Positions 1 to 9,369 of a stretch of 64,000 bases of DNA are shown here, piece after piece. Position 1 is the stretch's first letter. The number at the start of each line of letters is the position of its first letter. The notes below the pieces were generated by a model. The model was not told the DNA's origin. It worked only from the letters and a program-made list of their open reading frames with translations, and did no database searches. Made by a program: the position numbers and the translations under genes. This DNA is from Lachnospiraceae bacterium (lineage in GTDB: Bacteria; Bacillota; Clostridia; Lachnospirales; Lachnospiraceae): NCBI GenBank assembly GCA_017517305.1, contig JAFWZV010000011.1:38192-102191 (forward strand). The letters run 5' to 3'.

Positions 1-2
1 TT

Positions 3-185
3 AAGAATTACTATACTCCAGAGCAGATGGTTGGCAAGAAGGTAGTTGTAATTACTAACCTTAAGCCTACAAAGCTTGCAGGAGTTTTATCAGAGGGTAT
101 GCTTCTTTGTGCAGAGGACTTCGATGGAAATCTTGCACTTCTTACAGCAGAGAAGGATATGCCAGCAGGAGCTATGATTAGCTAA
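3..185 (+). CDS. metG: Methionyl-tRNA synthetase, C-terminal tRNA-binding (Trbp111-like) domain; 5' truncated by window edge
   Basis: Frame from nt 3 reads [47 protein letters not shown]...MIS*, the VxNLKPxKLxGxxSEGMLL motif of the MetRS C-terminal OB domain. Confidence 0.85.
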   Translation, partial: KNYYTPEQMVGKKVVVITNLKPTKLAGVLSEGMLLCAEDFDGNLALLTAEKDMPAGAMIS

Positions 186-204
186 TATTTATTAAAGAAG
201 TTAT

Positions 205-240
205 TAAAGCCACCGTGCGTAAGTAGGGTGGCTTTATTTT
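205..240 (+). terminator. Intrinsic terminator after metG
   Basis: taaagccacc / ggtggcttta inverted repeat followed by tttt. Confidence 0.8.
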
Positions 241-250
241 GTGTAATAAG

Positions 251-279
251 TAGATTTCTATAGTATAAAATGTTAAAAT
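251..279 (+). promoter_or_regulatory. Putative sigmaA promoter
   Basis: TAGATT-17 nt-TAAAAT with TG extended -10 (tgt taaaat). Confidence 0.4.
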
Positions 280-316
280 AACGCTGTATAAAATGTCACA
301 CTACTGGGGGAGTGCC

Positions 317-1105
317 ATGAGTGAATTGATTACTGAAAATTATATAGATAAAGAAAGGGTTAAAAGCAAGCCACGTTACTACGTGCTGGATACCATCAGA
401 GGAATTTGTATTATTTTTGTGGTGATTTACCACCTGCTTTATGATTTAAGTGAGGTGTTTGGTGGTAATTATGCTTTCTTTAGGTCAGAGTATATGAACA
501 CCTTTAGAGATGCATTTGTTGGTACGCTTATTTTGCTTGCGGGAATATCTTGTAATTTAAGCAGAAGCAACATAAAAAGAGGAATTAAAACTCTTCTGTG
601 CGGTATGCTTGTGTCGGTTGTTATGCTTGTAGTGATGCCAGCATCTAAGGTGTATTTTGGAATACTCCATCTTCTAGGAGTTTCCATGCTGTTGTACGGA
701 CTGTCTGCTAAGCTTATGGAGAAAATTCCTACATCTGTGGGATTTCTGGGATTTCTTCTGATACACATGCTGACACTTGGGATATACGACGGTTACTTCG
801 GTTGGCCGGGACTCTTTATGGTGGATGTTCCGCAGGTGCCTAAGAATCTGTTTTTCTTTATATTAGGTTTTAAGACTGGACATGGGGCAGGTGACCATTG
901 GGCGATTATTCCGTGGATGCTTTTATTCTTTGCTGGAGCTTTTCTGGGGAGATATTTTAAGGAGGAGAAGACTCCAAAATGGTTTGAGAAAAATCCGGTT
1001 CCTCCTCTTGCCTTTATAGGAAGAAAAACCTTGATAATATATCTGATTCATCAGCCACTGATATATGGTTTTTTGTATTTGATTTACAACGGTATAGGTA
1101 TATAA
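317..1105 (+). CDS. DUF1624 / heparan-alpha-glucosaminide N-acetyltransferase-like multi-pass membrane protein
   Basis: RYYVLDTIRGICIIFVVIYH N-terminus, DHWAIIPW and GRKTLIIYLIHQP motifs, many hydrophobic segments; start moved to ATG 317 behind ggggag RBS. Confidence 0.75.
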   Translation: MSELITENYIDKERVKSKPRYYVLDTIRGICIIFVVIYHLLYDLSEVFGGNYAFFRSEYMNTFRDAFVGTLILLAGISCNLSRSNIKRGIKTLLCGMLVSVVMLVVMPASKVYFGILHLLGVSMLLYGLSAKLMEKIPTSVGFLGFLLIHMLTLGIYDGYFGWPGLFMVDVPQVPKNLFFFILGFKTGHGAGDHWAIIPWMLLFFAGAFLGRYFKEEKTPKWFEKNPVPPLAFIGRKTLIIYLIHQPLIYGFLYLIYNGIGI

Positions 1106-1144
1106 GAATAGAGGGCTACATTTTATGATTGTAGCCCTCTACTT

Positions 1145-1564
1145 TTATTCATTTAAACCATCCTTTACACCCTTTGTAACTTCTCTTGCAACCTCACCGT
1201 ATGTAGGAGCCATATCCTTTAGGTGCTCCTGCATTATTGGAGTCATGTATTCTAGATTTTCTTTCATAATAGGTCGCATTTGCCTCATACCATCCTGCAT
1301 AAGAGGCATCATTTCCTGCATCTGATATGCCATAATCTGACGTCTGTTTCCCAGGAAGAATCGAACTGTACATCCTACTATGGTAAGAAATATACCAGGT
1401 ATGATTAGGAACATTCCTGTGGAACCCTCAAACATATTGGATGAGGTAGCAATCCAAAATATACCTACACCCAGTAGTGCAATACCTATTAGCATTATGA
1501 TTAGTCCGGCAATCTTGATACCCTTGTTAGTTTTTTGATAGTTTTGTTCCTTTAAATAACCCAT
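1145..1564 (-). CDS. Hypothetical small membrane protein (two N-terminal TM helices, Met/Gln-rich amphipathic tail)
   Basis: 139-aa ORF, two hydrophobic stretches, ggggg RBS-like run upstream on minus strand. Confidence 0.6.
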   Translation of the reverse strand: MGYLKEQNYQKTNKGIKIAGLIIMLIGIALLGVGIFWIATSSNMFEGSTGMFLIIPGIFLTIVGCTVRFFLGNRRQIMAYQMQEMMPLMQDGMRQMRPIMKENLEYMTPIMQEHLKDMAPTYGEVAREVTKGVKDGLNE

Positions 1565-1638
1565 AAAAATTACCCCCCCTTTTGTCGAATTGTAGCATAT
1601 GAAAAGCTGGGGGACAAGCTTAAAAAATGAGCGTACAT

Positions 1639-1667
1639 TTGCAATAATGTAGCAGATATGCTATAAT
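1639..1667 (+). promoter_or_regulatory. sigmaA promoter of the glmS leader
   Basis: TTGCAA-17 nt-TATAAT with TG extended -10. Confidence 0.75.
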
Positions 1668-1711
1668 AACTCAGTCTATAGGTGGAGGATATAGATTTCG
1701 AAAGGTTAAGA

Positions 1712-1863
1712 ACCTTAGCGCCATGCACCTTGTGGGAGTGAACAAGGTTAACGAGGTAAAGAGTTTATCGAATATTCGGCGGATGCTCTTTCACGCAACT
1801 GAGCGTGTTATGTCTGAACAAATATGAGGGTAACCTCAAAACAAATTTAGACAATCAGTGCAG
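1712..1863 (+). ncRNA. glmS ribozyme (GlcN6P-activated self-cleaving riboswitch)
   Basis: AGCGCC cleavage motif at 1717, P1 accttgt/acaaggt, conserved core AACGAGG...TTATCGAA..TTCGGCGGATG, P4 region acaaa-tgagg-gtaa-cctca-aaacaaa, gcaactga/tcagtgc pairing; directly upstream of glmS. Confidence 0.92.
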
Positions 1864-1994
1864 TGTATGACATTATGTATGTTTGATGAGCATATATAAT
1901 TATTATGCTGGTTAAATCAAATTAAAGAATAGGCAAGATAACTCAAGCTATTTGGGTCTATTTTTGTTGGAAAGATATGAGGTAAATTAAATAT

Positions 1995-3809
1995 ATGTGT
2001 GGAATTATAGGTTTTACAGGTAATATACCTGCAAAGGATGTAATTATTGGTGGATTGGAAACATTAGAGTATCGTGGTTATGATAGTGCTGGTGTTGCCC
2101 TTCTTAATGATGGAGAAATTACTGTTAAGAAGAGAACTGGTAAGGTGGAGGAGCTTAAGAAGCTTTGTGCTAGTATGGAGAATCCTGCTACCTGCGGTAT
2201 AGGACATACCAGATGGGCTACTCACGGCGGAGTAACTGATGCAAATGCACATCCTCACAAGTGTGGTCAGGTTGTGCTTATTCATAACGGTATAATCGAG
2301 AATTATCGTCAGCTTATAACAGAATATGGTCTTGCAGATGACCTTGTATCTGAGACAGACACAGAGGTTGTAGCAGCTCTTATTAATAAGTTCTACGAGG
2401 GAGATCCTGTTAAGGCTATTAAGAAGGCTGTAAAGGTATTATCAGGCGCCTTTGGACTTTGTATTATGTTCCAGAATATTCCCGACACCATTTATTGTAT
2501 CAGAAACGTTAGTCCGCTTGTGGCAGCAACAAGCGATAAGGGCTCAGTAATTGCTTCTGACCTTACAGCGTTAATTGCATATTCTAAGGATTATTTTGTA
2601 GTGCCAGAATATCACCTTTTGACACTTACAAAGGATGGTATCGATGTAAGAGATATGAAGGGTAATGAGGTTAAGCCACAGATGCTTTCTGTAAACTGGG
2701 ATATTACCAGTGCTCAGAAGGGCGGATACCCATTCTTTATGTTAAAGGAAATCTACGAGCAGCCGGATGCTATTAGAAATACTGTAGCTCCAAGAGTAAT
2801 GGATGGTATGCCTGATTTTACTGATGACGGAATTGAAGATTCAGTATTTGAAAATATTGATAAGGTGACAGTTATTGGATGCGGTACAGCTATGCATGCA
2901 GGTATGGTTGGAAAGCATCTTATAGAGGCAAAGCTTCGTATACCTGTTCAGGTGGAGATAGCTTCAGAATTTAGATATAAGAATCCTATCATCGACGAGA
3001 AAACTCTTACTATAGTGCTTTCTCAGTCAGGTGAGACTATAGATACCCTTGAGGCCATGAAGCTTGCTAAGGCAAATGGTTCAAAGGTTATCTCTATCGT
3101 AAATGTTAAGGGTTCAAGCATTGCCAGAGAGAGCGACTATGTGCTCTACACTCATGCAGGCCCTGAGATTGCAGTTGCCAGCACAAAGGCATACACAGTT
3201 CAGGTTGCTGCAATGTACTTAATCGCAGCCAGAATGGGTGTGGTAAAGAAGCTTGTGTCTGATTCAGAAACCAAGAAATTTATGACCAAGCTTGTTAACA
3301 CTCCTAACATAATCGAGGAGACCCTTGAGGGGGCGAATGATATTAAGCGAGTAGCAAACCACATTAAGCTTTCTCCAGATGCGTTCTACATCGGTAGAGG
3401 CCTTGACTACACTATGAGTCTTGAGGCATCCTTAAAGCTTAAGGAGATTTCATATATTCACGCGGAGGCATATGCTGCAGGGGAGCTTAAGCATGGAACT
3501 ATTGCCCTTATTACAGAAAATGTTCCTGTTATTGCCATAGCAACTCAAGAGGATGTATATGAGAAGGTTATCTCTAACATTCGTGAGGTTAAGGCAAGAG
3601 GCGCTTACGTAATCCTTATTAGCATGGATGAAAAGGTTGATGATGACAAAATCTGCGACAAGCACATCCGTATACCAAAGCTTGATCCAGAGTTTACAGC
3701 ATTTGCAACAGCTGTTATATTGCAGCTTATTGCATATTATACTTCTGAAGCTAAGGGGCTTGATGTTGATAAGCCACGTAACTTAGCTAAGTCAGTAACG
3801 GTAGAGTAA
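1995..3809 (+). CDS. glmS: Glutamine--fructose-6-phosphate transaminase (isomerizing)
   Basis: N-terminal MCGIIG nucleophile, LEYRGYDSAG, GHTRWATHG, SQSGET, DVDKPRNLAKSVTVE C-terminus. Confidence 0.98.
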   Translation: MCGIIGFTGNIPAKDVIIGGLETLEYRGYDSAGVALLNDGEITVKKRTGKVEELKKLCASMENPATCGIGHTRWATHGGVTDANAHPHKCGQVVLIHNGIIENYRQLITEYGLADDLVSETDTEVVAALINKFYEGDPVKAIKKAVKVLSGAFGLCIMFQNIPDTIYCIRNVSPLVAATSDKGSVIASDLTALIAYSKDYFVVPEYHLLTLTKDGIDVRDMKGNEVKPQMLSVNWDITSAQKGGYPFFMLKEIYEQPDAIRNTVAPRVMDGMPDFTDDGIEDSVFENIDKVTVIGCGTAMHAGMVGKHLIEAKLRIPVQVEIASEFRYKNPIIDEKTLTIVLSQSGETIDTLEAMKLAKANGSKVISIVNVKGSSIARESDYVLYTHAGPEIAVASTKAYTVQVAAMYLIAARMGVVKKLVSDSETKKFMTKLVNTPNIIEETLEGANDIKRVANHIKLSPDAFYIGRGLDYTMSLEASLKLKEISYIHAEAYAAGELKHGTIALITENVPVIAIATQEDVYEKVISNIREVKARGAYVILISMDEKVDDDKICDKHIRIPKLDPEFTAFATAVILQLIAYYTSEAKGLDVDKPRNLAKSVTVE

Positions 3810-3845
3810 AAAAAGCAACGAGCCACTGGCTCGTTGCTTTTTTTT
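3810..3845. terminator. Bidirectional intrinsic terminator between glmS and the convergent lipoprotein gene
   Basis: A-run, agcaacgagcc/ggctcgttgct perfect stem, T-run. Confidence 0.9.
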
Positions 3846-4530
3846 ACTCCTCAGTAGTTGCTGGCTCTGGGATAGAGCTTGCAATCATAGCAGCGTCGAT
3901 ACGCATAAAGTCTCGGTCGCTGATATAGTAGGTGTCACCATCTTCGATTATTTCTACGGTTATGGTGACTGGCTCGCAATATGTCATATTGATGCTTCCG
4001 TTGGTTAGGATTTCCACCATGCCCTTTGAAAACTCTGTCTCGTATTCAGTAAGTGTATAGTCGTCGTATTTTCCGTCATCCACTCCTTGATTAAAGGTTT
4101 CTACATATGTTGAAACCTCCTGTGAGGTTTGAGCAAATAAATCCATAGGATAAATGATTACATCTACCAGGTAAACACTACCGTCCTTTCTGGCTTTGGA
4201 AACAGAGTAATTACATTTGCTGTAGATGAGCTTTGCCAGCTCTATGTAATCTGCCTTTAGCTCTGGAGCGTCTGTGATAGTGATGCCATAATATGTAATA
4301 ATGTTGTCGGCTAAATACTCTATATTTGCCTGATATAGGTTGTCCGCTTCCTCTTGTGAGGCACCTGATGCTTTCATGTAATCTTCGGTGGCGCCCATGT
4401 AATTTATAGCAATTAAGCTTTTTATGTAGCTTTGGTAAACCTTCTCTACATCAGTGCCACAGGCAGTGAGAGAAAAGATCATACTAAAGCATAGTGTAAA
4501 AATAGTAAGTTTTTTGAAAAATCTTGCCAT
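3844..4530 (-). CDS. Lipoprotein (DUF5105-like)
   Basis: Signal peptide with lipobox LTAC-G; acidic helical body. Family assignment tentative. Confidence 0.65.
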   Translation of the reverse strand: MARFFKKLTIFTLCFSMIFSLTACGTDVEKVYQSYIKSLIAINYMGATEDYMKASGASQEEADNLYQANIEYLADNIITYYGITITDAPELKADYIELAKLIYSKCNYSVSKARKDGSVYLVDVIIYPMDLFAQTSQEVSTYVETFNQGVDDGKYDDYTLTEYETEFSKGMVEILTNGSINMTYCEPVTITVEIIEDGDTYYISDRDFMRIDAAMIASSIPEPATTEE

Positions 4531-4719
4531 AATAATGTCCTTTCATAAAATCAATGATAGGCTTATAATAACACATCTCATTTTTAAATGCGATAAAAAT
4601 ATATAAAAATAGCCAAACAAAAAATGACTAAACATTGCAAAAAATGAGTGCATTATGTGGTTAGTTATGTTATAATTGGAGGGAATTATTGTTACATTTT
4701 ATGAAAGGGGTATTAAAGA

Positions 4720-5571
4720 ATGGATGTACAGTTTAAAACAGCTTCCTTTGGTGGTTACGACAAGAAGGCGGTAGATGCATATATAGAGGAAACACAGGCA
4801 ACTCATGAGAAGGAGGTTGCTGACCTTAAGGCTAATATATTAAAGCTTAGCGAGACTGTTAAGAATCTTCATGCTATGAGAGAAACTAATATTAGTGAAT
4901 CAACAGCAACTATTGAGAATCTCAAGAAGGTTAATGATGAGCTTTCACTTGAGGTTGCTCAGCTTAGAGAGAAGATGGAGACATATACAACTAGAGATCA
5001 GGAATCAGCAGCAAGATATGAGTCTATTTCAAGAACTCTTCTTGAGGCTAGAGAGAATGCGGATGCATTGGCTAGACAGACAGAAGCTGAGTGCCAGGCA
5101 CTTAAGTCAAGTGTTGAGATGGAGTGTCAGCAGCTTCAGACAGATACAGCGGCTGCTTGTGAGAAGATGATGATTGATACCACTGATGAGTGCGAGAGAA
5201 TGCATGCAGAGACAGTATCAACCTGCGAGAAGATGAAGGCTGAGACTACAAGTGCTTGTCAGGAGAGAAGAGACAGTACTTATGCAAATTGCGATGATTT
5301 AAAGAGAAGAACAGAGGAAGAAACTACTGCCCTTAGAGCTAACGCTGAGTACGAGGTTAGAGTTATGAGGGAGCAGGCTGAGGCAGAGTGTGAGGAGTTA
5401 AGATCACAGGCTAGAACAGAGGCTTATACAACCAGAATGAATGTTAAGCGTGAGTGTGAGAACGTAAGTGATTATATGGCACAGCTTAAGCTTGCACTTG
5501 ATAATGTTGTACAGGCTGTTGGTGATGCTAAGGAAGTAACAGACATAGCTTTCCCAGAGCTTAACTCTTAG
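4720..5571 (+). CDS. DivIVA-domain coiled-coil protein with hendecad (11-aa) repeats
   Basis: N-terminal FKTASFGGYDKKAVDAYI DivIVA signature; long coiled coil with 11-residue periodicity. Confidence 0.75.
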   Translation: MDVQFKTASFGGYDKKAVDAYIEETQATHEKEVADLKANILKLSETVKNLHAMRETNISESTATIENLKKVNDELSLEVAQLREKMETYTTRDQESAARYESISRTLLEARENADALARQTEAECQALKSSVEMECQQLQTDTAAACEKMMIDTTDECERMHAETVSTCEKMKAETTSACQERRDSTYANCDDLKRRTEEETTALRANAEYEVRVMREQAEAECEELRSQARTEAYTTRMNVKRECENVSDYMAQLKLALDNVVQAVGDAKEVTDIAFPELNS

Positions 5572-5601
5572 TGGAATTATAAGGACTAATTATGGAAAGA
5601 T

Positions 5602-5630
5602 GGCTGTTGCATAACCTGCAACAGCCTTTT
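5602..5630 (+). terminator. Intrinsic terminator
   Basis: ggctgttgca/tgcaacagcc stem followed by tttt. Confidence 0.85.
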
Positions 5631-5724
5631 GCACGAATATTGCTAAGCATATTATATGACATGGTATATATTGAAAACACAATAGATAAAGATTGTTTTA
5701 GTTTACGCAGAAAGGGGAATACTG

Positions 5725-7524
5725 ATGGTACTTGAGAATAAATATCTTAGAAAAGCAATCCAGAAGGCTGGATATGTAATTATAGTTAAAACATGTCACA
5801 TTAATGAGAGAAAAAGCCAGCTTGAATATGTATCTCCTAATGCGAATATGCTGGGAATGAACATAGAGATGCTTAATAAGGGCATGAAGCTTTCAGAGGA
5901 TTACATACATCCTCAAGACAGAGAAAAGGTTATTGGAACTGTACTCGATGCGGTACAGAATAAGGTTGATGATTATACTCACGAATACAGAATGGTGGGA
6001 GACGATGGAAAGCTTTATTATGTGCAAAATGAGATATCCGTTTCAGATGTTTCAGATGACTTCTTCAAGGTAGAGTTCTACATTAAAGATATTACAGATA
6101 GCAGAGCAGAGAAAAAGGTAACAGCAGATACTACGAGAAGAGTAACTAAGGCTATGAATAAGAATCAGCAGAAGGCTGAAAACGTAAGCAAGGAGAAGCT
6201 GGACGAGCTTATTACAGATGATAAGGTTAAGCTGATGATGGATACATTTACCAAGCTTACAGGTCTTTATTCGGTTTTTGTGGATGTGGAGGGAAAGGTT
6301 GTGTTCCCACCTACAGGTCCTGCAACTAATCTGGGAGATTTCTACGACCTTTTTGAAAAACCGGCTTACAAGGAATATTACAAGCATATAAAGCAGACTG
6401 TTTTGGAGAATGAAGCCCCAACTATCTTAGATAGGGAAGAGGGAGGAATTGGTAAGATTTCTGCTGCGGCTATTAAGGTTAATACAGAGCTTAAGGGTAT
6501 TTGGATGGTAGGCTCTTATACCAAGGAGGAGACTGCTAAGCTTAGAGAAGTTTATGATAGCCATTGGGAGATTGCCAATATGATTTCTGAGGATCTCAGA
6601 ATGACTATCGCTATAGATATAGAATCAACAAAATCTAAGGGTGCTGGCAAGAAGCTTTTAGAAGAGCTGACAAGACAAAGTATAGTGACAGATGCTTTGA
6701 GTAAGATTAATAGTAAGCTGATAGATACCGTGGATCAGGTTGTGGAGGAAACTCTTCGTAATGTTGGAATTAATATGGGCATAGATAAGGCTGCCTTATA
6801 TACTTTGGATGGAAACACTAAAAATTATGTATTAAGAAGCTTTTGGAACGCCAGTGGTGAGGTTCCTGGTGAGGATTTGTTAAGTACATTGCCTGATAAT
6901 ATGTATATGGTGGAAAAGCTTATTATTGAGGGCGATGGCAGTTATGTGGCAGATAATTCTAATCAAAGTGAAGCTGCCAAGCTACTTCTCATGAAATATG
7001 GCGTAAAGGCTGTTGTTGCCCATCCTATAGATCTAGGTGATAAGCTATATGGAATACTATTCTTGGCAGAATCAAGTGCAGAGCGTGTTTGGACTAGTGA
7101 TGAGCTTAGATTTACTAATAACATTGCAGTTGTAATAAAAAATATGCTTGAGAATGCAGTTGGCGATGATAATATAAGAAATGTGAATAAGCATCTTATA
7201 GAAACATATAATAACTTTAATGTGGCTATATTTGTAAGAGATGCATATTCTGGAGAGGTGCTCTTCTCCAATAAGAAAATGAATGAGCTTATGGGCTGTG
7301 ACTTTACAGGTCATGACAGTAGAGAGCTTATTACAGATTTGCATGATAAGTTTGATAATCTTGATGGAGTAAGAAAACCATTTATAACCAAGGATAGAGT
7401 TGTGAATTGGAGAAGATACATCCAGAAGCTTGATGATATTATGGATATTACGGAGATTAGCATAGAATGGCTATCCGGAGAATCCGCTTCATTAATTATT
7501 ATGAGAAAAGCTAAGGATTTATAA
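5725..7524 (+). CDS. Cytoplasmic multi-sensor protein PAS-PocR-GAF-PAS-like, no output domain
   Basis: PAS_3 motif YIHPQDREKV...EYRMVGDDGK; PocR-like LMMDTFTKLTGLYSVFVDVEGK; GAF-like GVKAVVAHPIDLGDKLYGILFL...RVWTSDELRF; C-terminal PAS-like AIFVRDAYSGEVLFSNKKM; no H-box, GGDEF or HTH seen. Confidence 0.7.
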   Translation: MVLENKYLRKAIQKAGYVIIVKTCHINERKSQLEYVSPNANMLGMNIEMLNKGMKLSEDYIHPQDREKVIGTVLDAVQNKVDDYTHEYRMVGDDGKLYYVQNEISVSDVSDDFFKVEFYIKDITDSRAEKKVTADTTRRVTKAMNKNQQKAENVSKEKLDELITDDKVKLMMDTFTKLTGLYSVFVDVEGKVVFPPTGPATNLGDFYDLFEKPAYKEYYKHIKQTVLENEAPTILDREEGGIGKISAAAIKVNTELKGIWMVGSYTKEETAKLREVYDSHWEIANMISEDLRMTIAIDIESTKSKGAGKKLLEELTRQSIVTDALSKINSKLIDTVDQVVEETLRNVGINMGIDKAALYTLDGNTKNYVLRSFWNASGEVPGEDLLSTLPDNMYMVEKLIIEGDGSYVADNSNQSEAAKLLLMKYGVKAVVAHPIDLGDKLYGILFLAESSAERVWTSDELRFTNNIAVVIKNMLENAVGDDNIRNVNKHLIETYNNFNVAIFVRDAYSGEVLFSNKKMNELMGCDFTGHDSRELITDLHDKFDNLDGVRKPFITKDRVVNWRRYIQKLDDIMDITEISIEWLSGESASLIIMRKAKDL

Positions 7525-7538
7525 AATATTGACGATAT
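7512..7538 (+). promoter_or_regulatory. Putative sigma28 (FliA/SigD) promoter of mbl-flgF-flgG-flgJ
   Basis: TAAG-15 nt-GACGATAT, same geometry as the flagellin and flgM promoters in this window. Confidence 0.55.
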
Positions 7539-7563
7539 ATAAAGTAGCGGGAAAGGAGCTATT

Positions 7564-8553
7564 ATGGCAAGTTCAGATATAGGAATTGATTTGGGGACAG
7601 CCAGTATTTTAGTATATGTTAAGGGAAAAGGCGTTGTACTTCAGGAGCCTTCAGTTGTAGCATATGATAGAGATACTAATCGTATTAAGGCTATAGGAGA
7701 GGAAGCAAGACTTATGCTTGGTCGTACTCCTGGCAATATAGTTGCAATCAGACCACTTAGACAGGGCGTTATCTCAGACTATACCATTACTGAGAAGATG
7801 CTTAAGTACTTCATTCAGAAGGCGGTAGGTAAGAATTTCTTCGGTAGAAGACCACGTATTAGCGTATGCGTTCCTTCGGGAGTAACAGAGGTTGAGAAGA
7901 AGGCAGTTGAGGATGCTACCTATCAGGCAGGTGCTAGAGATGTGTATATAATTGAGGAGCCAGTGGCAGCAGCCCTTGGAGCAGGTATAGACATTTCCAG
8001 ACCATGTGGCAATATGATTGTAGATATAGGTGGAGGTACCACAGATATAGCAGTTATATCCTTAGAGGGTACTGTAGTTAGTAATTCTATCAAGGTTGCA
8101 GGAGATGACTTTGATGATGCTATCGTAAAGTTTATGCGTAAGAGACATAATCTTCTTATCGGTGAGAGAACTGCGGAGGAGATTAAGATTAAGATAGGTA
8201 CATGCTATAAGAGACCTGAGAATATTACTATGGATATTAGAGGACGTAACCTGGTAACAGGACTTCCTAAGACAGTTACCATCTCATCAGATGAGACTGA
8301 GGAGGCTTTAAGAGAGGTTACAGCCCAGATTGTAGATGCGGTTCATTCAGTTCTTGAGAGAACACCACCAGAGCTTGCAGCGGATATTGCAGATAGAGGA
8401 ATTGTCCTTACAGGCGGAGGAGCTCTTCTCCATGGATTAGAGGATTTAATCGAGGAGAATACCGGTATTACCACTATGACAGCAGAGCAGCCACTTACAG
8501 CTGTAGCTATCGGAACTGGTAAGTACATTGAGTTTTTGAGTGATAAGAATTAA
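7564..8553 (+). CDS. mbl: MreB-like actin homolog (Mbl)
   Basis: IGIDLGTASI, IEEPVAAALGAG, MIVDIGGGTTDIAVIS, IVLTGGGALL; position upstream of flhO/flhP-type genes matches the mbl locus. Confidence 0.92.
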   Translation: MASSDIGIDLGTASILVYVKGKGVVLQEPSVVAYDRDTNRIKAIGEEARLMLGRTPGNIVAIRPLRQGVISDYTITEKMLKYFIQKAVGKNFFGRRPRISVCVPSGVTEVEKKAVEDATYQAGARDVYIIEEPVAAALGAGIDISRPCGNMIVDIGGGTTDIAVISLEGTVVSNSIKVAGDDFDDAIVKFMRKRHNLLIGERTAEEIKIKIGTCYKRPENITMDIRGRNLVTGLPKTVTISSDETEEALREVTAQIVDAVHSVLERTPPELAADIADRGIVLTGGGALLHGLEDLIEENTGITTMTAEQPLTAVAIGTGKYIEFLSDKN

Positions 8554-8565
8554 GGAGTAGATGGG

Positions 8566-9351
8566 ATGGTAAGAGGACTTTATACAGCCTGGACAGGTCT
8601 TCGTAATGAAGAAAAACGTATGGATGTCATCACCAACAACATGGCAAATGCCAACACCACAGGATTTAAGAAAGTGGAGGCAACATCTCAGTCCTTTGAC
8701 AGTCAGTTAGCCGTTAAGATTAATGACAGAATTGAAGGACCAGACCTTATAAGAAGTGTGGGAGATGTAACCTTAGGTGTAAAGATTGGTGAGACCTATT
8801 ACGATATGTCACAGGGAAGCTTTAGACAGACAGAGGATTTATACAATTTTGCCTTATCTGGAAAGGGATTTTTTACCATCAGCACAACTGACAAGAGTGG
8901 AACGCAGCACATCAGATATACTCGGGATGGAGATTTCACTGTAACCAAGGATGGTTTTCTTGTAACTAAGGATGGAGATATGGTGCTGGGTGATGGTGGC
9001 AATCCAATCCAGATTCCAGGAGCAGACACTGCCAAGGTAAGTGTAAATATACTTGGTGAGATATATGTGGATGACACATATATATCCACTCTTCAGATAG
9101 TGGATTTTGATAATTACGAGGCTTTATCCAGCTATGGTGAGAATATGTATGAGCCAGTGGAGGGAGCTACAAATATTATTGATGCTGAAGCTACAGTTAA
9201 TCAAGGATATCTAGAGATGTCTAATGTAAATATGGTTACCGAGATGGTGGATATGATAGCAGTTACAAGAGCTTACGAGACTAATCAGAAGATGGTACAG
9301 AGTCTTGATAAGATACTAGACAAGGCCGTTAACGATATTGGTCGTATATAA
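8566..9351 (+). CDS. flgF: Flagellar basal-body rod protein FlgF (FlhO-like)
   Basis: MVRGLYTAWTGL...DVITNNMANANTTGFK, YTRDGDF, GYLEMSNVNMVTEMVDMIAVTRAYETNQK. Confidence 0.88.
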   Translation: MVRGLYTAWTGLRNEEKRMDVITNNMANANTTGFKKVEATSQSFDSQLAVKINDRIEGPDLIRSVGDVTLGVKIGETYYDMSQGSFRQTEDLYNFALSGKGFFTISTTDKSGTQHIRYTRDGDFTVTKDGFLVTKDGDMVLGDGGNPIQIPGADTAKVSVNILGEIYVDDTYISTLQIVDFDNYEALSSYGENMYEPVEGATNIIDAEATVNQGYLEMSNVNMVTEMVDMIAVTRAYETNQKMVQSLDKILDKAVNDIGRI

Positions 9352-9369
9352 TGATGGGAGGGCATAGGT

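Noticed and set aside
4895-5170. Alternative-frame 91-aa ORF in the DivIVA gene
   Set aside because: Shadow of the repetitive coiled-coil codons, with no RBS or domain signal
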